Shown here: one piece after another, positions 1 through 14,141 of the stretch
Position numbering within the stretch: position 1 is the stretch's first letter
Layout of the letters: each line of letters starts with the position of its first letter
NCBI GenBank assembly: GCA_013115145.1
Contig: JAAPAO010000123.1
Coordinates: 1-64,000 of the forward strand
Reading direction: 5' to 3'
Source of the DNA: Perkinsus chesapeaki ATCC PRA-425
Lineage: Eukaryota > Protista > Perkinsozoa
DNA length: 64,000 nt
The notes under the pieces: model-generated
Seen by the model: the letters and a program-made list of their open reading frames with translations, nothing else
Database searches by the model: none
Told to the model about the DNA's origin: nothing
Position numbers and translations under genes: made by a program

Positions 1-1301
1 ACCTTACCTTTCGATCCCGTGAGCTGTCCAACATCACATCAGCCTCGTCCAACACCAATAAGCCCGCGTCGGCGCACACGGGCACATCTGAGCGAGAACG
101 ATTGATAACTAGCTGGCATTGGCTGACTCACGTCGTTGACGGAAGAGTAGGTACATTTGTTTAGCAGTACCAATGATAATATCAGGCACCGATACATGGT
201 GTTGTGTCTTTACAGTGGTGAACTCTTCCACAGTGGTGACAAGTTGTTGAGAGTAATAGCATATGTTGGATACTTCTTCTCGTATCTCACAAAGTGTTTG
301 AATACACAAGTGATGATGCTCGATGAAATAGCTATGTAAATTTTCACTGGTTTGTATGTGATATAACGTCACAGTGAAGTGATACATTCACTTTGCACTC
401 ATTCTGACACTGTTAATAAATATCAAAATATAACGATGATGAGACCGCTAGGAGTAACATAATCGAGACCGACATTTCTGATAGCACCGAAGCCAATTGG
501 AAAGTGACAAGTGTACTGTGTCACCCATTGCTGGTGTTGCTGGTGGTGATACAAAACAAATTAGTTCCGAGAGTATATCAGCTAGTCTAAGAATTTGCTC
601 AGCGATTGGTTCATGATCAACCGTTGATCGATATCTCATCGAGTTATCCAAGTGAATCTACAATCTAATTTTGGCATCGCAAGCCTCGCTACGGCGGGAG
701 ATAACTAGAATTCGGTAATTTGCATAATAAATTCGCGCACGCTGTATTCAATACTGCGTGGCACACAGTGTGTGCACGAATTCGTGTATGGTTCAATCTG
801 AATCGTTTCCAGTAGAGAACCCACCTGATTAACTATCTCTCTACTGGGTGCCAGAATAAGACTCTGTATTAGGCCCAACTGAGGTGTTGTAAGCTCGCAT
901 ACAATAACGCCAAATGCACAGGTCTTGCCAGTACCCGACTTGGACTGTATTATCAAGTCCGTCCAAGATAGGCCTAACACAACGGAACTTCATTCGGTAT
1001 GCTAGTACTAAAGATGAAGATACACAAGAATACGTTGGTAAAGGGACAATCACCCTGAGTGGCCCACACATCAAGTGAGAAAAGGAGCAAGAAACTGCAA
1101 TCAGAGTTGGGATTTGTCTTATTATCAAATGAGTTGCAAGTAGCCGTACTATGGCGATTAAAGCATATGCCTACCCAGTGGTATTGCCTCCCTTTGAACA
1201 GGAGCTGCCTGTTCGTACTTCATACGCGATAATGATCGTAGAGTAGTCGATGAGAGACCAAGGCTACCAAACCCATCTACGTCCGAAGACCCTCCTGTCA
1301 T
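1..1301 (-). CDS. DDX20: DEAD-box RNA helicase, DDX20/Gemin3-like (spliced; 3' part runs off the window start)
   Basis: Q motif GLSSTTLRSLSRMKYEQAAPVQREAIPLG, motif I DLIIQSKSGTGKTCAFG (705-980), motif Ia LILAPSRE, motif II LLVLDEAD near 40-65. Family call comes from recalled similarity to DDX20 (IPLG..DLIVQAKSGTGKTCVF). ATG at 1301. Confidence 0.7.
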
Positions 1302-1391
1302 TCTAATAAACTGAATGATAACATGCCCACTATCAACGCGATGTCGATGGTAATGAATTAGGAAATATATAAAAGATATGGTCATAATATA

Positions 1392-2337
1392 TCATTCATC
1401 ATCCTTCACCACAGTTTCAGCATCAGAAGCTTCCCCATCGTCTACACTAGTCTCATCACTCTCGGCTTTCCCTTCTACATCCTCACAGCTCTTTAAGGCA
1501 GCCTCGGCCTGACAATAACCATTATACACAGTCATTTAACGTAGCTAATAGGACCTTGGGAGATGGTTCACTTGATGTTGTCGGGGAGCCTATTGGAGGG
1601 GTGGTTGGCAGCAATCCTATCGCCGCATCGGGTACTAGATAAAGATTAGACTCCACTCGTGATCCGGTACGAGAGGATTCTCCGCCTGAGCTGGAGGGGC
1701 CCAAAAGACTGTGCATCCTGACCTGGGAAGAACGCTATCAACCAAATGGGGTCCTTCAGTCAGTGAGCAACTTAAAGCAGGCTCACAACACATACGCTGA
1801 TGTACCCTTTAGCAATATATAATACACAGTGTATGGGAAGTAAGGGCCCATCCATCATTTCGTATCCGAGTTTGATTCTGTAATACATACCAATCGAAGG
1901 GGCTCCATGAGATCTACAAAATGGCATCCTCACCATCGTCCGCCCCCTAGCTACTCCGCCCCAGTAGGGAGTTCAAGATTAAGAGAGCTGGAAAACCCGC
2001 TGGCAGAGTTGAACGAGGTGTGCGTAGTGACCCCCATACGCTTCCTCGACGAACCAAAGCCTTTTCGCCCATCCCTCGCATGCTTTCTAAACCATGTGAA
2101 GAGGCATGGGATCCCAGGCATCTCTTAGAACTTGCTTCAGGTCACCAATGTTCTAAACCTTAGTAAGAGTGTTTTTGGAAATAAACCGGAAACATGAGCC
2201 TCATAGAGCCACCATCCCAGTACAGTTTGTGTTTGCGTAATGACAGAATGAAAAAGCGTTGGTAATCGCTGAGCTGGGGTATCACTCAAAGGGGCAGAGG
2301 AACTCGCGTGAAGTGGTGTCAGCTCTTCTTTGCCCAT
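1392..2337 (-). CDS. Hypothetical spliced protein with acidic C-terminus
   Basis: Last exon AEAALKSCEDVEGKAESDETSVDDGEASDAETVVKDDE* (stop 1392-1394), GT-AG-bounded segments upstream, candidate start MGKEELTPL at 2337. Frames of the internal exons are unresolved. Confidence 0.35.
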
Positions 2338-2525
2338 CCTCTCTTTTTGAATGACTCACGTATCCTCTGGCGGCCGTTTACGAAAGCGCCAGCGATACGT
2401 ACCGTTCTGCAGAACTCATCGAACCCCTTCGATTGGTATGTATTACATCATCAAACTCGTGGGAAACGAAAAGTTATGATGGGAGGGCCCATATGTAACA
2501 ATATGAAGATAATATATAATTAATA

Positions 2526-2830
2526 TTAGTATTCACTTCTAGCAGTAGTATTGCAGTATTCACTTCTAGCAGTAGTATTGCAGTATTCACTTCTAGCAGT
2601 AGTATTGCAGTATTCACTTCTAGCAGTAGTATTGCAGTATTCNNNNNNNNNNNNNNNNNNNNNNNNNNNNNNNNNNNNNNNNNNNNNNNNNNNNNNNNNN
2701 NNNNNNNNNNNNNNNNNNNNNNNNNNNNNNNNNNNNNNATTCACTTCTAGCAGTAGTATTGGAGTATTCACTTCTAGCAGTAGTATTGGAGTATTCACTT
2801 CTAGCAGTAGTATTGCAGTATTCAGTATAA
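2526..2830. repeat. 27-bp minisatellite (AGTATTCACTTCTAGCAGTAGTATTGC)n, interrupted by an N gap at 2643-2738
   Basis: Near-identical tandem units on both sides of the gap; no spacers. Confidence 0.95.
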
Positions 2831-2899
2831 CAAATGTCATGTAAGAGTCCAAAGTGCACCGTAATAATGTAGCTTCCCGCGCTAAAATAATAGCTCCTC

Positions 2900-4338
2900 A
2901 AAAACAAACAGTGGAGCGGCATATAGTGCAGCCAAGGGAGCCTGCCTTAGGAAGGCTCAGTGAGTAGTAGGAAACTGTACGCGTCCTTTCGATATTACAA
3001 ATTGAGTAAAGCGAGCGCACATCCTGCTTTGAGCTTCGACCTTGAAAAATATACCACGATGATGGTGGAAGAGGTGACCAAATATACGATATAGACGTCG
3101 ATAGATTGTCGGTATGAACTGATATAGTAAAGGTAGCGGGACCATGCAGAGACCAACTAACCTTGAGACTTGATTGAGGTATCTTAGTCCTATCCGGGAA
3201 GTTCTTAGGGTTCAACACTAGGCTGGTAGAGCCATCGACTGTGTGTATTATATAGTCAATAGCACAGCACTAAGATAACAGGAACCAAGTATCGTACTGA
3301 CGTAGTCGGCCACCAGCTAGATCTATTAACACCCAATTTTATTTACAACTTCGCTCTTACTTTTCCCACCAAATTGAATTTGACTCCCGATTTCGTCTCC
3401 CGGTAATGACATATTTTCAAGTAAAGAGGAAAAACCGTTGAAGATTTCTATGAAGCCTTCCCTTTCTTCTGAGGCTCGTGAGAGAAATGACACCGCTAAA
3501 TCCGATGCAAGGATCGTCTGGTGTCGAGGAATTCCGCAAGTGCCTTAGTAATATAACGAAAAGTCGTCCCTATTGAAATATAAAACTAATTATAGTAGTT
3601 TGTAAGTTGTAAGCTGCAATGTGTTAATTTAATTACCCTTCTTAACTTCCACCACCGCAACCAAGCTATATTACATCGACTGGCTTCCTGTGTGCAGCAC
3701 ATAGAAAATGCCATTCATCAGTAGCGCTCATCCTAGGGCACGATTCCTCGTTGCATTCCGTCTGAACTTCTGCGATAACTCTATTAAACTCTACCATGAA
3801 TTCCCTAAGCAAAGCAGGTGCCTCCAACCCAATATACCTTATGCGTTATTACCTAACGTTCTCTATGTACCAGACGGCCCGTGGGACCCCAGGTGGCACA
3901 CGGCAGAGGTCACTCAGAGCTGGGAGGGTCGGATCCCGCACTGACCGAGATACTGCGCTTCAAAGAGGGTGGAATAGATTACGAAACGCTCTTATTCGGG
4001 CTTTCAAGTATTCCTCAACCGCCAGGGGCCTCTCCAGGTCCACGACAAGCTCGGGCGTATCGATGCCACAGTAAGAGAAATCACACCTGTTAGAGGAAGC
4101 ACGAAGAGAGCCAACCCTAACCGATTTAGATATTCATATTAGGAGCGTTGGGAAGCAGTGTTGCCACAGTGCACACCGAAGCCATGTATGGAAAAGCAAC
4201 TATAGACCGGCATCAGCAGCAGCAGCTAGTGCAGCCGAACTCCCTGCTTTACTACCTTTTCTGCCCAGGAAGAACAATCGGGCTTCCAACATGACTCCCG
4301 TCAGAGCCCCCCGAGGCAATGGCGGTGGCAACTGCCAT
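2900..4338 (-). CDS. MOB4: MOB4/phocein-like protein (spliced; 3' end approximate)
   Basis: Exons read PLAVEEYLKARIR, PPGVPRAVWYIENVR, EFMVEFNRVIAEVQTECNEESCPRMSATDEWHFLCAAHRKPVD, CCAIDYIIHTVDGSTSLVLNPKNFPDR and IYRRLYRIFGHLFHHHRGIF, matching the phocein motifs (QMTATEQWIFLCAAHK, CPAIDY, RRIYRIFSHAYFHH). ATG at 4338. Confidence 0.85.
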
Positions 4339-4468
4339 GAACGGGCAATCAAACAAGCACTGCGATATGACAGCCTTCACTGCCCTGGTAGTTACCAACA
4401 CGATAGTAGGAATTAAGGAAACAGTTAAATAGTCGCTAACACGCGGTGTTTCTTCTTATCACTAGCTC

Positions 4469-7232
4469 TCACGCTCCCTTGGTCTTCTGAGCCGCACCAG
4501 CTGTAGTGGACTTCTTAGTGCTCTTAGGGCCCCCATTACCAAACAGCATGGTTGTGGTCTTAGTATAGAGAGAGTCCACAACGTTGGAGCAAGAATCGAT
4601 AGTAGCTAATGAGGCAGATGACACTCTACAGGTGATGATAATCGACAACTTACCTAGGGCATCATCGTACATACTACTCGCCTCAGTCTTCCGTTTCTGT
4701 ACCCTTTCAACCTGCCATGGTACTATCAATAGCGCCTCTACTACAGCTACTACCTCTAACTCATCATAAACTACTAATACACCAATACCTTGATCAAGCG
4801 TGCCCAAGAGGGTCTCGTCCAGGATCATCTCAGATAACCTAATGATTGCTTACTACACGAAATCGTCGGAAAACTTACTTCTTCTGGACCCTTGAAAGGG
4901 GTAGGTCTATCAGCTCAGCCACGCGCTGGATCTCGATACGGTCAAACGGTTCTACGGTAAAGAAAAGCCCAATTCCCAACGTATCAAGATGTATGCCCAA
5001 CGGGTTCAAGCAGCGGCAAACGAGTGTCAGTGTCGGCCTACGTATATTATCTACCTATGATCTTGAGAAGGTTCTGTTCAAGCAAGCTCTCATTAAGTTC
5101 GGTTAAATGATACTTCAACACAGGATCCTCATCCACTAGCTCCTTCTTATACCTACACACCAGCCCTTTGCTGGTAATAAGATCATATCACTTACTCCTG
5201 CATAGTGTGCTCGAAGTCGTGCAAGCTCCTCTGTTCATGTGCCTTAGCCACCTTCTCCAACCCATCAAAGACTCTGCCTCCACCGTACCTTATCAATCAT
5301 ACTACTAAAAATAAATTCTGTTATTTGAAGGGCAAGACGAGTTGAATGGTATTATCCTTCGCGGACAGCCACAAGCGGTGAAGCCATACAGATGACCGAA
5401 TCCCAAGTTCCCACCTTAGGATTTTACGAGCCGTCTTTTTCGATTTTATCTTCAGCAATTTTATGCGTTACGGATTAGCAGTGCAATCTTCGGCAAATCA
5501 AATCACTATTCCGGCTAAAGTTTATGTCCGATCTATCCGATCTATGTTCATAATGAGTGTATCCCAACTCCTATAATGCTATAGTACGTCAACAGTCTCA
5601 CCATCGTGCAAGATACTCCCTATTACTTTAACCCAGCCTTTCCCTTAAGGATGTTGAATACCTCGCCTGGTTGATCTCCCATAATCCTAGATAATACCAT
5701 ATACCTACATCACCAAGCCCTATCCAACTAGTAAGAAACACCCCACACTACTTTAAAGACTGTTCTGCTCTTTTCTTATCATGCTGAAGGTTAAAGGCCT
5801 CATAAGATTCATAGAAGTAAGAGTAGGCCGTACGGAAATCCTAAGGTCCCTGGTTGCCTTCATCCACGCCAATGGTATTACATTCTCCCTGCAGCTGATA
5901 ACTCCGCTCAAGAGGTCCATTTCAGCCTGCATCAAAGGTGGGCAGTGAATGGCATTAGCATTGGTCTTGGCAGCTGTCAAAGACGCCTTGGCCCGCGGTA
6001 TGTTTTGCAGAGCGAAGTGGACCTATTTAGTATCTTTCAATTGGACCTCGGAGCTCCTTGGATACCTTTGTCTCGATAACATGAATCTCCACCAGGAGCA
6101 ATTTGTCATCTAATTTTTTCACTTCCTTAACCAGCCCTGTAAGAATCTCCAAAGCCTTGTTATACCTGATACACCAATAACACTACCAATCACCAGCCCA
6201 CACTAATACTGGCCAATTTGAAGCTCTAGATCAGCAAGCCTTGTCTCCACCCTATGCCTGAGGAAGCTCCGTTTGCCCTCTCTACACCACTGTATGCAAT
6301 CCTCGCAAGCTTTAATCTGCAGGTCCGTGGTACCTAATGAAACCTTCATGGTGCCGAATAGTAGCCGTTCCAGTTTAGGTCGGTGTAGGAACATCTACTG
6401 AGCTTTCTCCGGCGAGCCCGAAAGTTTCCTCGCCTCAGTGCCGGGAAAGCTCATGTAGTTTGACGACACTTCCCTGGAGTTCTTTCCCCCCGCCAGCGTG
6501 GCGACCAGTAAGCGAAGATTACTACCATCTATTTCAGCAAGCTTGTCAATGAGTGTCCTGACGATCTTAGCTGTCTTAGCCTTTGCCATCAATGTAAGGA
6601 CAGGACGAAGCTCCTTCTGCAGGCCAACTGAATATCAAGTTGTATAGAGCCAGCACACATATCTTTTACATAGCCGTTGGGAATCCTTCTTAGCTACAAG
6701 GCAGTCCGCCATGGCGTATATGGAGTTCTCAGCCCACTTCACAGCATCGGCGCTAGGATCATTCTCGAGGTTAGCAATGACCTTTTCGAACCTAAATGTC
6801 ATGCAACCCCCTCCTTGTCTATTCTCCTCATAGGGTTGATGACACATATTCCTAGTAAGGTGGAGAGCTGGTAGATATACAAGTTGCTAAAGGACTTGCC
6901 GACAATTCTTTACCCCTACCCTTCGCGGCGCCCCTCCCCAGTGCATCGATGCTATCTATGCCATACACACGACAGAGAAACCGAATGCCTCCAAGATATA
7001 CATGACATATCTTTTGTCCTCATGGTATCATTTTCTATCACCCTTCAGCAATAAGAATGAACATTTCCATCCGATACTCCGTCAACCCCTGACACTACTA
7101 CATTTTGATGGCTTTGTCATTATCCCCAGTGGCAGCCACCTCCTTAGCTTCCTCGTAGGCGAGCTGCATGGGGCTCTTCTCGGGCTCTTGTGAGTCCAAG
7201 TCCATTGGTTCTGGTGATTCGCTACTTGACAT
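4469..7232 (-). CDS. RPN6: 26S proteasome lid subunit RPN6/PSMD11
   Basis: MAKAKTAKIVRTL, CIQWCREGKRSFLRHRVETRLA, TAAKTNANAIHCPPLMQAEMDLLSG, LLEQNLLKIIEPF, MILDETLLGTLDQGIGVLVVYDE. ATG at 7232, TGA at 4469-4471. Confidence 0.95.
6395..6458 (-). other. Stable hairpin inside a 192-nt RPN6 intron (6334-6525)
   Basis: Arms CTAC-TGAGCTTTC-T-CCGGC (6395-6413) and GCCGG-GAAAGCTCA-T-GTAG (6440-6458) give 18 Watson-Crick pairs with two single-base bulges. Confidence 0.75.
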
Positions 7233-7642
7233 GCTGTCTTATCACCCAACAGAAAAACTGTAACACTCTTCCATCGCGGCAGTGTTCACTGAACTCAACC
7301 CATCAAGTGTCCTCCCGTTGAAACGTCTAGCTTAGTCTCTTCTAGTATACCTAGAACATTACTACAGCCGCCCAGAAACGTTGACCATGATGCTGTTGGT
7401 AGAACAGCCAACATCATGAGCCATCCATCTTAGAGAGATCACGACGACAGGAATAAATATGAAACAGCGTCAATAGTGTCACAATGCCACCACTACTAGA
7501 GCCATGAGCGCCTCGGTATCTATTGACTGTCTAAGGCTACCGATGGCTGCCTTTGTACCCTAGTGATGGTGGCTACGACAGTAGAGCAGCAACAGCAGCA
7601 GTGGGAGGGAATGTACAAATAAAACGACAACACTTCATCTTC

Positions 7643-11968
<4,326 letters not shown>

Positions 11969-12046
11969 TCACCCATCCCCGCCCACCGCAGTCCACGGGC
12001 ACGGCAATGGTAAATCGATTATCATGGCGAGCGCGATCGACGTAGC

Positions 12047-13940
12047 ATGTGTGACGTTCTGGAACTGGGATCGATGGCATCATCATATGAAGGTAATCGG
12101 AAAGGGTCACCAACGTCTAGGAGAGGGTCGGGGGATCTATGGTTGGATCAGCTGTATCTAGACTTCACACTCTACAGAAATACCGAAGAATATCTTACGT
12201 TATGTGCATGCGTGCAGGCCATTACAGCCATGCCGTCATCCAATGGTGTTGGCAATGGTGATAAGAAGGCATATGGGCATGTTCTAGACTACATCGATCG
12301 ACTAAGTGACTACTTGTTACCTAAGCGTATCGATAAGAGCTATCGTCGGGCCTACAGCCCCGATGTTAAAGTGGTTGGGTATCTTTTCAATACACTCCTC
12401 ACAGCCTTTACGCTTCTACCGAGCTACCTTTTGAACGGTGTGGAATATACGGTATCGCAGACGGTCCTATCGCAGTGTGTCAACCTCCAGAAGGTCTTCA
12501 AGACTACCTGTCAAGATATCGTTCGAGCATATGGCAACCTTCGAGCCAACACCGTACCCACGGTTAGGAGCGATCTCGCCAATTGCCTGTCCTACTTTGA
12601 TTCTGTGTGGTGCCGGTTTGAAATGCATGCCTTGGAGGAGATAGAGGTGATACATAAACAAGCATGCAGTGCACTGAGGGAAGCCATTCAAGCTGAGAGG
12701 GATCTTCAGGATGCGGAGGTACTAGCTTTCACCTACATCCATTATGGCAATTCCGTAATTTCAGGAAGACCCAGCCGTGCGTTCTGGTGGCTACCGTCGT
12801 CTCCTATTGGGAAGGATGCTGGACTGGCTGAGTGAAGTGTACGAATCGCTTACTATGGATTCTGGTGGGGAGAGGGTCATCTTTACGCCGGACTGCTTGG
12901 TAGAGGCTGAAAGGACTCTGGCGTTGGGGAAGATAAAAACCGAGAGTCCACCATCGCCGATTCTGATGAAAATATCGAAAAATCTCGATACAGCTTTTGT
13001 GAATCTTCGTAAGCTGTTGCGGCGGTACGGTGGGCATATGTATCAACTTAACTCTCACCTGGCCAATAATCATGGCTTGGTTACGGTAATGAATAGATTC
13101 TTTGAAGCTTGGATGACGGCTGTGAGGTATCTTAGCAGCCACACTATGAAGAAAGCGCTGCTTAAAGCGTTTGACATTGTACGGAGCGTTCGAGATGAGG
13201 CTTTTGAGGAATCAATGAGATCGTTGGATCCCGACTTTCTGATGAAGTTACCGAACCTTCTGTTATATTCGGAGATGGTCGATATATCTGCCTCACTCCC
13301 GCCCACTCGGGCAGTGGATAAGCAAGCAGTGCCGAAGGTGGCGTGCACGGGTCTACCTAGGATTCTGGGAGCGGAGCAGCCTGTTGGTGTCGATGAGGAT
13401 TGTCCCTGGAAAAGGAGTGTAATTTGCCGGCATTTTCTTGGGGATTCTCATAAAGATAAATTTGTTGTTGTCGTGGATTTATTTGGATCGTCCACCACGA
13501 AGGAATTGAGTATCGTTTATGATCATATGGTGCGACCATCGGTTGGGCAGGGTGGCATAGGGCTTGAGGATGCAGGGTGCCAGACGAGTGGTCGTAAGGT
13601 GGTCGAGGCTCCGCCTAGTGTGGCGGAATCAGTAGGGGAATGGGATGGCTGCGAGGAGGAGGAAGGTGGAGAGGATGCGGAGTTCGAGAACAAGGCAAGC
13701 GGGCTGGGCGTTGGGATGTGGGTGAATGTAGCGCAGGTTCGATCCCGGCTATCGGCAGTTCGGAAGCTTCCAGTGGTGAGGCATGCGGTTGAAGATACCA
13801 TAGGCTTGAGGAGCCGGAAGTTGATGAATAAGGTAGCTGAGCTGGGCATGCTCATGCAAAGGACATATCCGATGGAGTGGAATAGGTTTGTACAGGTAGT
13901 AATAGAAATGTCGCCGCCGGGGATCGAACTTGGGTGGTAA
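12047..13940 (+). CDS. Uncharacterised mostly helical protein, two long exons
   Basis: Overlapping ORFs 12047-12835 and 12777-13940 join in frame through a GT-AG intron at 12719-12764 (LQDAE|EDPAVRSGG). The start may be 12074. Confidence 0.75.
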
Positions 13941-14141
13941 TGTCAGGCCATTTTGCACGGTGTTATGTTTGTCTCGAAGACCAAGTCGAAGGGCGATTCT
14001 TCGGCCACTAAATTCACACGTATATCTATTTCACGTGATCCCTACATAAAATAGAAATACCCTTGCACCCGGTGTTCCGTACTCTCGGCTATTGCGTTGG
14101 GACGGGGACCGTATTACGCTTTTTCTATCAGTTTATCTGCT

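Noticed and set aside
2526-2830. CRISPR-like reading of the 27-bp repeats (also 20088-20345)
   Set aside because: The units are directly tandem with no unique spacers, there are no cas genes, and the context is eukaryotic.
6414-6439. Hammerhead-like CTGAGGC...GAAAC in the RPN6 intron loop
   Set aside because: The core deviates from CUGANGA and there is no stem II between the two motifs.
13700-13756. tRNA-like GCAGGTTCGATCCCGGC
   Set aside because: Only a partial T arm, with no acceptor, D or anticodon arms; it is inside a long ORF.
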